Source of the DNA: Orbicella franksi
Lineage: Eukaryota
Direction: 5' to 3'
DNA: 64,000 nucleotides
Assembly (NCBI GenBank): GCA_964199315.1
Contig: OZ116708.1
Coordinates: forward strand, 3,906,001 to 3,970,000
In this document: one piece after another, positions 8,818 to 23,800 of the stretch
Layout: every line of letters starts with the position of its first letter
Numbering within the stretch: the stretch's first letter is position 1
Made by a program: the position numbers and the translations under genes
The notes under the pieces: generated by a model
Databases searched by the model: none
Told to the model about the DNA's origin: nothing
The model's input: only the letters and a program-made list of their open reading frames with translations

Positions 8818-11800
8818 TTAATCAGCCCCACCCGTAGCCCCAGCGTCGTCTGAGGGGGGTGGTGCGACAGATCTCCGTCTTTCCCTCTTGCGCGAGGCCA
8901 TACGTTCTTTCAGTTTCTTTTGTCGGCTCTTTTCGTCCAGGATCTGGGACGAGCGTTCCGCATGAGCGTTTTCGTCTTCCGAGGCCTCGGCTGAGCTGGC
9001 ACTCAGAGATTGGCCCGGAGGAGCTAGCTGTCAATCAAAATTACAATGTTGTCTGAGTTTGTAGCACGTGTCTTCTTGTTATCCATATCGGACATTACCT
9101 AATAAGGTACCGTATCTCGGACGGTCTAATTTGGACAGCACCGCTCAGTTATTAATTAGCGCAAATTTATGCATTCTGACAATTTTTCCTCCCTCTCACT
9201 TCTAATTAATGTTGGTTGGATCCTAAGGTGAACACTACAATATTTTACGCCCTTAAAAACAAGAGATTCCTACAAGCGCTACAGCAGATATTACCTGACT
9301 TCCCGAGGGAGAAGGAGTGAAGGGTTTTGGCGCAACATATCTGCGCCGAAGCGTATTTAACTACTTACCGCTGCAACTGTTGACGCCCGGCGCTGTTCAC
9401 TCTTGAATTTCTCTTCCATTTTTGCAGCTATTCGTTTCATTTTTTCCTCTTCACTGAGTCCCGCCTTCTCCTCTTCTGTCAGAAGACTCTCGAATCCCTG
9501 GGCTTTCTCGTCCTTCGGTTCTCGCATTGTCATCGTGCGCTCATAGCGAACACGCGCGATTCGCTCACGAACCATCGTGATTTGACGCTCGCGCTCTTCC
9601 TATAGGAAAATATAGGAAAAGACATTTAACCTCGTGAAGGATAAAGACGTCAGACAGCGTTAGCGAAGTCAAGAAAAAGGAATTTTGAGTAAGAATAACA
9701 GACGAAGAGAAAAAGAGACAGAATGGCGAGAAATAAAACGGGATAGGAATGCGGAGGCCATAACCAAATGGATTTGTAATGGTGAGAGTTAAACACAAAT
9801 CAATAATTAAAAAAAATCAAGAACTCAAAAAAAACAGAACGAAAGTTTTCTTGCCAAGAGACAAAGGAAAGAATGTAGTAATTAAAAACTTACTTTCTTC
9901 TGTTGCTCCACAAATGTCTTCTGTCTTTCTCCCAGGCCCAGAATAGTCGCCACTTCTTCCTGCTTTTGTTCAATTTTGTTCTTTTTCCGTTCTTTACGGG
10001 CTCGCAACTAAACAGGAAGGAAAGGTTAGAAATTGGAAAGAAAAAAAAACATGAAAACTTGCAACTGCAAAACCCATTTCGCCCGTGGATTACAAATGAC
10101 TGGCTGAAAACAAAAAATATCTTTGTTCGCCTATTTAATTTTATCAGAAAGCCTTGGAAAGGTAAAACCAAACACAGGATTTTATCAGATGTAGTGTTTC
10201 ATTTCAAAGAGTTGCTGCAACTGTAATTTTCGCGGCGCGTTTCCGCTATCGCTTTTTTTTCCCAACGACTAATAGACTAACACGACTAACAGTGCTGCAA
10301 AGTGGGGCTAAGTTAATTGGACTTACCATTTCCTCTTGTCGAGTTCTCTCGCGTTCAAACTTCATTCCAACATTGGTGTGTTCGCGGAGCAAAGATGAAA
10401 CAATTTCTCTGTGTTTCTCCTCGGACACTTCCACGTCTATTACAGTCTTCTCTCGCTTCATAGCAAAGCCACCCTAAACAAAACACAAAGAGTAATACTG
10501 TACGTAAAAAATGTGCAGATGACCGTGACTATATATTTATTTGTTTAATCTTAAGATGTCTGCCCGTCGATAACGGACACCAACACAATAACGAACACAC
10601 ACGGGAAAACAACGATAACGAATAAGAACACTCATAAGGAACGCGAAGATTAGCACGGCAATAAACACGATAACGAATTTCGTCAGAATAAGGAGTACGA
10701 AGATAAGCACGCTAAAGAGCACGAAAACGAATACGATAACGAACAAAAACACAAACACGGCAATGAACACGATAACGAATACGGTGGTGATTTTGAGCCA
10801 CTCATAGAGCCTAAGCGGTAAAGAAAAGTCACCGCACCGGTAACGGCCAGTCCTCAGCTTTCTTGGGTTCCTCTCTCTTCTTCGCTTCTTGTTCAGCTTT
10901 TCTTCTGGATTCCTCTTCTTCCTCTTGCTTTCTTCTAGCCTCTTCTTCCTCTGCTTTTTTCTTCTCTCGCTCCGCTCGTCTACGCGCCAATCGTTCATTT
11001 AGCTGTCACAGAATAACAAAAAGCATTAGAGCGGTTTTCTAGCGCTACTAACTAACCAATTGATAACTGTGTAACTAATAATTTTGTTCACTCTGATAAG
11101 GGAGAGTTTAAGCAAACTACGATGATAACGGCAACGAGAATACTGCTTGAAATGTTAGCAAGACAGTAAAACGGCTGGGTCCGTGTGTTGTACATCTTGT
11201 TACATTTCTTGCCCATCTACTTCAAATACAACGCGAGATAAACAAATTCTGGGCTTTATGGACAGTTTGAACAGCGCAATGGATGTTCCATGGTTTTGGC
11301 ATTCGAAGTTGTCTTTACATTATATTCAGCTACTGACATAAATAATACCAAAGAATAAACTGCTTAATTCTAGGTAATATATAAAATTTATTTCGGACAA
11401 GGCTTTTGTATTCGCCATTTCCGCAATATTTTAAGGAAAGGAGTGTGGATTTGATTTTCTGTTTTGCTAAATTGAAATGGAAAACACCACTAATTCATTA
11501 GAGAATTTCCCTGTTCCAATAGCCATTCCACACTCACAGTGTCTTTTTGTCCTTCCCTCCTCAGCATTGTCTTCTCTCGGATGAGCGCAAATTGTTTCTC
11601 CGCCATTGTCACAATAGAGGCAGCCATGTCTTCCTCGTATTGTTGTTCTTCTCGCTTCCTTCGCTTCGCTTCCAGTCTCTGCCGCGTCATTTGGCGCTGC
11701 CTTTCCACAGCGTCCGCCATCGCCTGAGGAAAACAAACACAGATAGTCAAAACGGACATAATTTTGAGAAGCTCAAAACACAACTAGACTGTAGGAAAAC

Positions 11801-14800
11801 TCAAATAACGGTTTTTTTTATAGAACAGTCCTCAAAAAATGCCAGGAGGCTATTAGCAACTAAGAATGACAGATGATGTTGCGGATGGAAGTGGATTTAA
11901 TGAAGTCTTTCATTCTTTCATTCATTCAATCAATCACTGCAATATGGTCAAGCTTTCACGAGTTAAAGTTTGATGGCGAGAAAAGCGAAAAAGTGTCTAT
12001 CATTTCGTTTTACTCGGTATGTTCCACATATTGCGATAAGCCATAGGAGAGCATTGTATGTCCTACAAAGTTTTGATCCCAAGACAACTCCCGTGGGAAA
12101 CGACGACGAACGGAGCAAATCATAGCGGGTAAACAACTGAAGGCTGTGACGGTTACCGCGCATTATAGCGGGAAATCGACGGGACTCTGTGACGAATTCG
12201 CACAATACGGTGGAAAAACCTAAGAGCTTTAATGAACGCGGATTAATTTTGACGGGAAAACAGCTGAGAGCCTGAGATACGTTGCGTATGTGTATGTTAT
12301 GGCGGGAAAACAACTGAAAACCGCGACAAACGCGGAACACTTTTAGCCTGAGTCTGAGAGCTTTACCTTTCTCTTGGCATCATGTTGTCTCTGTAACAAC
12401 TCCAGTGCTTTCTGTATTTCTTCATCCGTGGCACCTGCTAGCTTTCGAGCTTCTTTCTCTTTTTCCATCTCAGCTTCCATCTCTGCCAACTTGGTCTCTT
12501 GTTCTTCCTCCAACCGAACTTCCTCTTCGTCTCCTTCAGCCAGGTTTGACATCGTGGAAGATGGCTGTTAAAAGAGGGCATGTTCTTGAATTATCGATGA
12601 AGTCTCTCAAAAATGACCATCAATCATTTTCTCCTTATTACCAACCAACAGATAATGTCTTAATGTGGGTCCTTTCTAAGTATTACTCTCGAACAAGAAA
12701 CAAGAAATAGAAAAGATAAAAATTCAGTTCTCGTGAGGGTGGGAAAAAACTGGCAGTTGAACCCATGAGCTACAATAGCTACAGGGAAACGCAGGCGTAC
12801 AAGGGGGTACTACATGAAGTCCATAAAATGAGTGAGAAATGGTAGGGAGAATTTCGATGTTGGTAAGTCAATAGTTATCTTACCGTCATAGTAGTGCTTC
12901 TTTTCCTCATAGGACGGGAACCCATTAAAGTGGCCGCCAAGTTGTCCATCCATCCTTCCCGGCGTGCCATGCGCTGGTCTGTTCTGACACGCGCCAACAC
13001 AGTCTCGTCCTGTGAAACCAAACAGAATTGGCGAACTCTGTGTCTAAAAGCGATGTCATTTTATGTACAAAATAATCTTCAAGTAAAAAGAATAGTAAAA
13101 CAATGATTTTATGAGGAAGAAAAACACCAAAGACCTAATAACAAGCTACAATCGGGCAACGATGGATGAGATTGGCGACGATTAAAGTGGATTTAGAATC
13201 GTCAAAAATATCTCACAACTACAGAGTGAGCAAACAGGCATATAATAGAACGGTCCATTTCCAAATATGGAATCGTGTGCGGAATTTTCCCGCCTTTTTT
13301 GCGCGGGTCGCATTTCAACTTGACTGACCTTGTCGCTTAAAACATTTCCCACTGCATTGCTTTCTGTCGTTTGTTTTTCCTGTAGATCAGCCATGAGAAG
13401 TACAGAGATTTCTTCTTGGAGTTTGTCTTCGTCAACCCCGTTTGATAGTAGCTGGGCTCGCTTCATCTCTATCTGAAGAACCAGCGCATCTGAGAGCAGT
13501 TTCATGTGCTTCGCTCGGCTTTCGGCGATGCGAGTTGCGTTCAACTTCTTCTCTTCCTGTGGAATTTATTCGAACCAAAAAAAAAAATGTAACCATGGGA
13601 GAAATTATGTGCAGGTAAATTGAAGAGCTAGCCAATAACACAAAAGTTCCTGTAGAACTTCAGAGTACCGCAAAGAAATGATTCCACGCGACGTAAACAA
13701 AAAAAATATTTGACTTCGGCAGGATTTGAACTGATTTTGTTTTACCCACCAAATTACGAGCTAATATTGATGAAAATTTTACGAGGTTTTCATACTTGTT
13801 ACATGGCTAGTTTACCAAGACGTAAACAAGTGTTTCCCCTTCTGGTTGCTGCTCAAGTTTTGCGCATTTCAACAAAATCAAACCAGACTTGAAATGTTTG
13901 CTCCGTTTTCAAGTCGACTAAGGCCCCCCTACACACTAAGCCGGAAAAATTTGAAAATGCAGCTCTATTTATCGGAGGAATTTGACAACGCCGGCTTTGA
14001 GTTTTAGTGTGGACGGAAGACATTTTGAAAACGGAGCATTTTTTTAGTGAACAAGCCAAAATACCCTTTGCGTTGGAGGCAAACCCTAAGTTATCAGTAA
14101 ACAAAAAAGATTTCAAGTAACCTCTGTTTGTAGATCATCAGGTATCGCTTGCATGGCGTCCCTGACCGCGTCCATTCTCCAGGCTTTCCTCTCGGTAGCT
14201 ATATCATCCACTCTGTTTTGTCGTTCACTTTCGCTTAAGTACCTCGCCGCGGCCAGAGCTTCCTGATCCGCTTCAGCGTTCGCCAGCAAATCTGTGAGTG
14301 CCTGCAGAAACAGATGGAAATATAAATTCTCCTTATATCTTTTCATACATCAAATCAGTGTTGGTTCTGAGAATTGGTGTGTTCATCAAGACAATAACGC
14401 TAGTTGATGAGATTTGTTATTCCCATTATTTGCCTGTTTGACTTTGTATTGATATTATAAGGAGAAGTTACATGTTGTTCAGTCTTGAAGAGAGAATGAG
14501 TCACAGTAATCGAAGTAACCATAAAAAATTTAGGTCTTTCTGATACATATAAAATTTTCCCTTTTTGTAAACTCAGAGTGCAGAGTACGTTTTGCGCTTC
14601 ATATCTCTGATCTCAATTTAACGACTGTAGACTTCTTGTTTGTGATTCTGACTTTCATTTTTGAGAGTTAAACTTTTATTTGACGGCTGGGCACAAGGTA
14701 TTTATTTGAAGCTCCCTCGCCTAAGACCCCTCAAGCCTTCCCTATCTCGGAAATACTCCCCAACAAACCTAGGCTAAAAAAGTTCCTTGCTTTTAGCCAG

Positions 14801-17800
14801 GATATTTACATGTAAAGTGGACGTCCAAAGTTTGCTGTAGGGACTACTCAAATGAACAATTTATGAAGTAACATGAGAAAAATTTTCTTCAAAAACTGGG
14901 CGCGTCCACAGGACTCCTGGACCCATCTGGCTAAAAAGTCTGGGCCCACCCCAGGGCTCAACCCTGATACGTTTCCGCCCAGAACGCATTTCTACATCAA
15001 AGTAAGCCCACCCCTCCCACACCCCAGAAACGTACCTCCTGTTCTGAAGAGTGCTTCTTCTCCACTTCATTCAAAATAGCTTCCTGTTGTAGTGCCAGTC
15101 CTCCCTGTTCCATATCCAGTGCGTTCCTCTTGTCAACCTCGTTATCTTCTTCCTGTTCCTTCAGCAGTTTCTCTTCAAGCTCCTTCTGAGCTTCTTCCTC
15201 GGATTTTTCCTTCTTGGCCGCTCTGCGAGCTTTCATGGCCGCAATACGCTCACGGGCTAACTGTTCTTGGCGAGCACGGTCCTTTTCATAGCTGCAAAGA
15301 AATGGAAAACAGTGTTCTCATCATCACGCGCCACAACGTTCACATATAACCTACTTGACATTACAGCCATCAATTTACAAATTTGAAGTCTCATGTAGGT
15401 CAAGTGGCAGATAGATTGACTAGTATCCGAAAGAGGCTTAGTTTTACTCCCGCTGGGTGTAGCTTCTTGCACTGACTAATCTAAAACACCATGTTAACAG
15501 TCAATTTATTGGAAACAAACCAAGATGAATAAGGGTAAAAGTACAGTCGAAACTGTTCGGACAGTAAAGGGGTAGAACTGCGTATCGAGATTTTAGAAGA
15601 GTCTGTGCAATAAACGCGGGGACTTCTTTTATATTAACTACCAAATGAATTGTCCGTTATAACGTGGTGTCCGCAAAGAGAGATTCTACAGCACATGCAC
15701 ATGATTTGTGTGTCGAAAATGCTCGTAAATAACGTTTACTTTCAAATCGGATTTACAACACACAAAGTAAACCTTAACTGATTATCAAACATTTCTTTGA
15801 CGGAGGTAACTTGCCTCGCTTCCTTAGCGGCCCGTTCTTGTTTGGCTAAGCCAAGCAAAATGGCCGCGGTATCAAAGTTGTCTTCCTGTTTTAATCTTCG
15901 CTGTTCTCGTCTCAGTTTCGCAAGTTCCAACTGTCGTTTCCTCTCGTTACCGAATCTCTCGTCTTGGTCACGGAGGGCTCTAAGGAGAGCTTCTTTTTCT
16001 TCTTCAAATTGGGACTGAAAGTGAAAAGAGAGTTATCATGGTAAGAGATGACTTGGAGAAAATTATGAGGTTAGGGGCGGGGGTTACAAAGGAGGAATAG
16101 GGAAGTAGAATGCTAGGGAACGGAGAGGGCGATGGGAGAAAGGGGGAAGAAGAGAAAGGGAAAAGAGACAAAGTGAAAAGGAGGGAAGGGAAAATTGCGA
16201 CAAGGAAACGGGGCGAAGAATATAAGAAAATAAAAAAAAATGAGAGAGGGAATCTGAAAAGGGGAAAAGAGAAAGACGAAAGGGGGGAGAAGGGAGAAGA
16301 CGAAAACGGAGGAATAGAAATATGAAAACGAGACATAGGGAAAAGAGAGAGAGAAAGAGACAAGGAACAAAGGGAAGTGGGGTGGAACAATATGTGGTAG
16401 GGAGATGAGTGGGGGTGGGGGAAGGCGGATGCAAAAGAAGAAAAAGTTTGCCTCACTGATAAATCATTCAGCAGCGTGTTCGTTGTGACTCCTTCCGTAT
16501 CAGTGATGGTTTCCTCGATCAGTTGATTTAAGACTTCAGCATCCACTGTATCAACGCCTTCAGCCTCCACCTGTTCCAGGGCAGCCATCTGCCCTTCGTC
16601 CACTTCGCCTCCTTGTTGTTTTAACTTGCGGAGCTGCTCGAGTCGTTCCTGCAAGCGCTGTTTTTGTTGCGCTTTGGACTCGCCCATTAAAGCTCGCAAG
16701 GCCGCGTCATGTTTCATTCCCTCGCCAAGTAGCCTGTTGATGGAATGATAAAGTTCAGGATTACAGAGGAATTCTCACGGCGCTGGTAAAACCAAAACTT
16801 AAGCAACCACAAAAGTATTCGATACGAAGTAACGTAGATAGCCCATGGTTAGCGCTAGAAAACATGTAATTTATGCTAGACGCATGAAAACATCATATCC
16901 GTGGCAAGCCCGGGAAGACATGGAACCGAAAACGTGAAACCTATGCAAGCGCTGGAATACATGTCATCCGTGGCAGGCGCGGGAAAATACGTTACCCTTG
17001 GAGAGCGCGGGAAAAATACCCGTAGCAAGCGCAGGAAAACACAAAACCTGTGACAAGCGCGGAAAAAAAATGTGTAACCAGAGAAGCAAGCGCGGGAACA
17101 CGCCTAACGGAAAGTGCGGGAAAACACGAAACTTAGGGCGAGAAAGCCAAGGGCGTGGAAGTACTTACACGCCCATTCTCCTTCTAGGTTAGCCTTAAGC
17201 AAGCTACATAAGATAGTCCTCTGACCTGGAAGCCTCGTCTAATTTTCCCTCCTGTCTCAGCTTCCTCTCCTGCAGCTTAAGCTTCAGTAGCTTGGCTTGT
17301 CTCTCCCTCTCGGATAGCGCCGCCCACTCGGCGTCTCCCATCTGCTTCATCAGCGCTTCTGTCAGTAGTTTGTCCTTCAGGGCGTCATACTTCTGTTCCA
17401 GAGCCTCTACAAGTTCCTGCTCTGGAGACTCCTCGGCAGCAGAGCGAGCTTGCGTCCTTTTTAGACCTAGCACACAGGCAGCCAGGTTGTCGTACCAACG
17501 CTCTCGGCAAGCCATCGTATGGACACTTTGAAGTTGTTTGAGTACCATAGGATTCTACAAGATCAATTGTATTATTTTAAAATAAAGGTAAAGGAGGTAA
17601 ACTGAATAACAAGTTAAGTTTTCAATCGGAAAGATTCAGATTTTTTTCTTTTTTTCATGGTTTTTTCACACACTAGGGTTTCATCCACAGGCTCAAAAGT
17701 TAGAACCATCTTGTACTGCATAATAAATAAAACCATATGAGCTTTCATTTGAATGGTCACACACTAGAGTTTCATCCACAGACTTAACAGTTTAAGTGAG

Positions 17801-20800
17801 AGCTAGTAATAGAATTTCTAAGGCTAAATTAAATCTTCACGATACCTTAACAGCAAGGTCTCGCATCAGATATTCAGCTTCTTGTTCCTGATGCTGCTGA
17901 AGAGCAGCCAATAGAGCCACAGCATTGTCATCCGGCCCCAGTTCCTTTACTTCCTCTGCAGCCTTCTGTTCCAATTCCTCACGACTTAGTTCAAGCTTTA
18001 TTCCGACGCCCTCCCGCAATATCGCTTCCTGCTCGTCAGCGGTCTCCGTCATTTCCTCTGGCCCAGACTCTCGCCACTGCTTTCTCAGTTCCTTGCAAGT
18101 TAAACCAAAATCATACAACATTGAGACAGGAGAGATGAAGAGATCTTTGCAAATTGCACTTGGACCCCTTGGAGGTTTATATTACTCGTGAATATATGTA
18201 ATGAAACACTCAAATGGTGCCCTAACATTGCACAAAACCTACTTTGAACTGAAAGCACTCTGTTAGCTGCTAACTTAAAAGTCTAATTCAACCTTCGCAA
18301 AATCTCTAATGACAACACATTTTATGTGCCATGAAACCCTAAAGAGATAATGCGAGAAAAGTGAAGAAACTTTGAAAAACATAGCCTTCGCTTAAAACGC
18401 CCAATATCCCTTTTAACGAAGCTCGTATGATGACTTAAAACCAATGTAAACGATTTCTTTTTTTCGAAAAAAAATTGCAACCTTCGCAAATTGTTATTCC
18501 TTCATTTAACAAAACCACAGTAAAGAGCAAAGGTTGATCGTACAAACCTTTAACTCAAAGAGCCTTTCCTGTTGTTGCTCTTTGCTTAGTTGTTTTGTGG
18601 CCTTTCTGAGGTCACTTTCTTTTTCTTCGCTGATCAAACGTTCCATAACAAGCATCTCGCACAAATGCTTGCGTTCCATTTCTTTTAAAACCGCTTCCTA
18701 CGAGATAATGTCATATGAATGGTCACTGACAACTTGAAACACACCATACCGCTTTATTCACTGAAGAAATCAAAACAAAACTTCCTTTAAAACAACTGCA
18801 GCTAACCTTCTCTCAGTCAGTGGACAAAAAGCTGTATAAAATATACATAAAGACGTTTATTTTGTAACACGATTTTATAAAATTTTAGAGAAATACAACC
18901 CAAAACTCGAAACGCGAGGATCGCGCTTTGAAGTTGGGCCATTTCCGTCTTCACCACCTTTGCCAATTCTCATTTTCTAACGCGTTCCTTCCTCACTTCG
19001 AATATTGTTCTGCAAACGCAGCCCATTTTCGCTAGATTTCCTCTGTTCAAGAAATATTCGTAACCATGTTAAATAGACGCTGCAAAATCAAAGCCTTGTA
19101 CGTTGGTAGCGGCACATACCTGCAATGCTCCAATGTTATCACTGGAGACTGACACTGGCTTAGTTCCAGTCTCCAGGTTTTTCAGTTCTTCCTTAACTTT
19201 ATCCATTTCTGATTGGTTCTTCTGCTGCCACGTGACCAACCTCTGCCGAGCCAACTGCTTTTGACGATCTTCATCTTGTTTGGAACTGTGACATCGATGG
19301 ACACGATTGACTTCAGTTAATGCAATTACGTGACTTTCTGGATGTTTTGTGTCACGGTGAGTCACGCACATTTCTCATTAGGATCTTTTAAATTTATTAG
19401 GGACAGCAGAGTTGTCGACTTGGGTTAAAGCCCAATCTTAACTCTCCACTCCCTCCCCGACTATATGGAGCGTTTGAACAGCCCGTTTTGCTGGAGTATA
19501 GAAGGGGAAGTGGGGTTGGGGGGGGGGGAGGGGGGGGAGGAGAGGAAGTGAAAAAGGGGAGTATTATTACTCGGGTACACTCTCTACACATTTTATTAGT
19601 GGGCGCAGTAGCATTGAAAGTGCTAACGGAAAAAAGCACTTACATTACTATCAAAGATATTTTAAATCCTTACTTGCTCTCCAAGTTTATCTGTCGAGCT
19701 TGCACTAGTCCCAGCAGCAGAGCAGAGGGTTGGAATGTGCTCTCCTGTAAAGCTTGTCGCTCCTCACGGCGCATGCGTGCCAGCTGCGCGTGACGATGTT
19801 GTTCGTTTTCAAACTTACTGTCTGCTCCGCGTACGTCAGCTAACAACGCTTCTGATTCATTGTTGACGCGATTCTACAACAAACGTGAGAATGTGAAATC
19901 CTGTTAACTTCCTAAACTTAACCACCACGTACTACTTAAGCCCTCAGATCGGATACGCAGACATCCCTGGGATATTGCATTACCTGGTCCCCTCTCCCAG
20001 TCAAAAGCAACAAATTATTTCTTCTGATTGTAAGACCCCGAGTTGCTGTAGAGCTTCTTAAACATTTTAAAGTGATTTTTGTATGTTCACTTGCATTATA
20101 TGAAAGCAATGGTGTCTTTTGGTTGTGATTAGAGAGTTTTACTTTGCAGAATTCTAGAACACACCGTAATCTCTCAGGACGCAAAATCCCTTCCAAACAT
20201 CACCTCAGTCATTTTTCTAAACTAATTTCTTCCTAAAATAATCCCCATTCCGTGTTTTGAACTGAAACAAGCCCTGAGCTAACTTAAAGGAATTTGACTA
20301 CGTTATTCTCCGGCTTCGGAGTTTGGTACAGGCTGGAAAGCAAGATGGAGTGCAACGTTCAATTTTCTCGTCAATAAAGGACATTTGGAAATCCTTACCG
20401 GGCACGGCATTCTCTGCAATTTGACAATGACACAATGCGGTTACAAATTTACATACCTCAAGATCTTGAAGCGTGTTTCCAGTAGATTTTTGAAGTGCCT
20501 CTTGTTCTGCTTGAGCATCCTCTTCAGCCTCAAGTTTAGCGATCTCCTCTTCTGATATTCCTTGAGCTTTTCTTTCCTCGCGTTTCTGTTGTCGTTCTTT
20601 CTGTCTTTGTTTCTGCTGGGCTCCGTTGTCGCCCATTAGAGACATCAAATTGACCGCTGTCATTTCACCCAAAAGCTGTTGTAACTCGTCATGTTTACCT
20701 GCGGATCAGACACGAAAATTAAATCTGCTGTTAGAGTAATTACACCATTCTAAAATAAAGTTACACTTAACAACTATTGAACCGAAAAAGAGATATAACT

Positions 20801-23800
20801 CAACTCCCGTGATAGCGTTCCTGTGTTGTGTTGTCTCGCGCAAAGATCAGCAAAAAAAAAGAGGTTTAAAATTTGGTCTACTTAAAAAGTGAAAAAAAAC
20901 AATACCATGCGAAAAAGGACAAGAAATATTTTTTTTCTGTAGGAATTCGATGTCAGTTAATTTCCGTACAGCCTCTCGAATCAGTTTCGAAGGGGTTAAG
21001 ATTTCATTAAACATATAATTCAGGGTTCTTGCTATTTTTCGGTGCAAGGGGTAAAGGAGTTTTCTGAACTGGTAGCAACTGAATCAAAGTGGATTGCTCC
21101 AGGTTATAACGAGTGAGGTAATAAATTTACCGTTCACACCTTGACAAGAGGAACTCTGAAGAACATAACTGACTGAAATGTCATTGGTATATGATGTCGT
21201 ACGTATAAGTAACGAAGACATGCGCACTACCTTCTTTCTGTAACGCATGTACTTTCAACTTCATCTGAGCCAGTCTGGTGAAGCGATCATTCTCAGAAAG
21301 TGCAGCCCACTCAGTCACGCCAACCTGCTGTACAAGAGCGTCACGCAAAAGCTTGTCTTTCAGGGCGTCATATTTGTAGTGCAGAGCTTGAGACAGCTCA
21401 CGCTCGCTGGCCGTGCCCCAGATTTCAGCTTGCGTGACAACTGTGGCAACGTTCTGATGGGTGCCTTCTTTGCGTGACTGGAAGAGGTTCTCTTGAAGCT
21501 GCACAAGCTCTGTTTTATCCTGTTAGGTTATGAATTGTGAAAGAGTTAAAACTTGACGCTAACAGCCAGAAAAACACCGTAATTACGTACCCAGAACTCG
21601 AAGTATTGGAAGGATTTGCCACACACAAACTAGCAACGTTAGCTGTTTCTTTTAGAGACCCCCAAAAATCTATAACAAACAGTATTTATACCCTGTCGGC
21701 CCTTAACTCAGGTAAAAAAGAAGCTTAGCTATGTTGGGATTTTTTACATCATTCTTGGCATGACCAAAATTACCCTCAAACCGACGGAAACACTAAAGAT
21801 CACGTAAGATCACGTAAGGAGAAAAATAATGAAGATGTAATAAGATACCAAAAAGGAAAAGGGATGGTTAAGAATGGGAAAGATTGAAACGGATTACGGA
21901 AAACAAATTCAGTGGAAAAACGTTCCTTCCCTTCCCGGGTAGTTTCTTTAACAGAAATCAGTTACCTTGTCTTGCATCTCGTTGACTAGTTTTTCACTTT
22001 CTTGATCCTGCTCTTGCTGCAGATCTGCTAACAAGGACACAATGACATCATCTTTTTCCACAGCTTGCTCTCCGTCTTGAGTTATTTCGAGATACTTCTG
22101 TCGGTTAACAACCTTGAAAACTGCCGCTTCCAGCAGTAGGTTCTGGCGCATTTCTTTGTCCTCTGTAAGGAAAAAACAAGAACACTTCAATACACAACAA
22201 AATGGCTGAATTTTTCAAAGGCAACACTTTAACCACCCGCGAACCATGAGGCCACTGCGCGAAGAACCACGAGTTAATTTCCATTCGCTTAATCGCTTAG
22301 ATAAAGAAAATGCGATCTAATAATCGATAGCAGCTTTTTTGTGAGTAAAGTACTTATCATAGCCTGGGTTTCTTGTTAGTAACAAAAACCATACCTGGAT
22401 CAAGAGCATTCATTTTATTGCTAAGCTGCTGGAGCCAGTTCTCTCGCTGTTGTTGGGTCATGGTTGCCGCAGCCTCGGCTAATTCTGGTTGTTCTTGTTG
22501 CAGAACGTCAAGTAAAGCCTGAAAACAATCCCTTGATCAGCATCAAATTCAGATTTTTTACGACTTAACAAGGGGATAAATAAAACCACTGGAACTCTTG
22601 ATGTGCTAAAATCTAGGAGTAGAAATATTCCTTTCTAATCAATAAGTGGAATGTCACGTAACCATAAGCAATCTTCAGTTTATCTTCCTGTTTACTAAGA
22701 TTTACCTGCCGTTCATTTTGATGTTTGTGTTCAAGTGCTTTCATCACAGCCTCCTGTAAAACACTCATGTCGCCATCAGTCACCAATTTATCCTCGGCTT
22801 CTTGTTCCTTGGCCTTTCTGCGGTCGCGCAACTGAGCTAGGCGTTCACGCGCCAGTTGTTCTTGTCTCAGACGATCTTGTTTAAGCCTTGAAATATAAAG
22901 ATTGAAGTTAATTGGTTGTAGCCGTTAACTATTTTCATTTTCAGTCGTCTTACATCCTCACTGGAAGTTAAACCCCTAAGTGTCTAGACTTTTGCATCGC
23001 CCTTCCCTAACCTCAAACTATTTGGTCATATTATTTCATGTTTCTGAGCAGTTGCCGAATACTTTCGATTACCCAAAGTTTAATATGCTTCCGGTGAAGT
23101 TTGAAGGTTTCGAAAAAAATTTCAGTAGCACAACAATCACACTGTCCTATATTTTATAGAATCTACGCTTCACTTTAAATCTCCAATAAGGTATTTCATA
23201 TTTCATCGCCTTATCTGTTAAATTACCGAGTCATCAACCGTACCTTTCCTGTACAGCGGCTTTCTGCTTTTCCGCCAGCCCCAGTACTAGCGCGGCCGTG
23301 GTAAATTTGTCTTCCCGTTTGGCTTTCAGTTTTTCTCGTTTCAGTCGAGCCAGTTCTGCTTGCCTCTGTTTCTCACTCATGAATCGCTCGTCTTGACCTT
23401 GTAACCTACGCATAAGCGCTTCCTTTTCTTCTTCGTACCTAAACACGCAACAGCGGTGACAAATTCGTACATTCTCTTTACCTTTTTATCACAAATTTTA
23501 AGGAGGATTGCTTTGAGATCAATGACCTTATCATACAATGGAAAACGCCTGGATTGAGGTCCAAATTCTCCTAATGAATTGTACAACAAATCTTATAAAA
23601 AAGGTACCAGCAATTTATAGATAATCTATCAGGAATTTGGCGTTATCAATCTGGTTATTAATGCTGCGAAACTTTACTACGTAAAAAATATTATCATATC
23701 AAATGAAATTGCCAAAAACTACTAATTACAAAGTAAATACATCGCTTATCAAATTTTAAGCAGCAGCAAGGACACTGGCATTGTAAAGGACTTAAATATT

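Noticed and set aside
10537-10998. 153-aa ORF with a charged N-terminus and a long hydrophobic tail (apparent membrane anchor)
   Set aside because: The charged part is an alternate frame of a real exon (~11003-10838). The hydrophobic part comes from an intronic TTCGTTATCGTG-type low-complexity repeat. Intron retention in the true frame hits TGA immediately.
16004-16717. 237-aa ORF with an F/S/P/L-rich tail
   Set aside because: It is read-through from a true exon into a pyrimidine-rich (minus strand) low-complexity intron, and is out of frame with the next exon.
19500-19545. G-run tract with G-quadruplex potential
   Set aside because: Similar G/C runs occur in several MITE subtermini in this window (32300, 38290, 48630, 56920), and nothing indicates a specific function.
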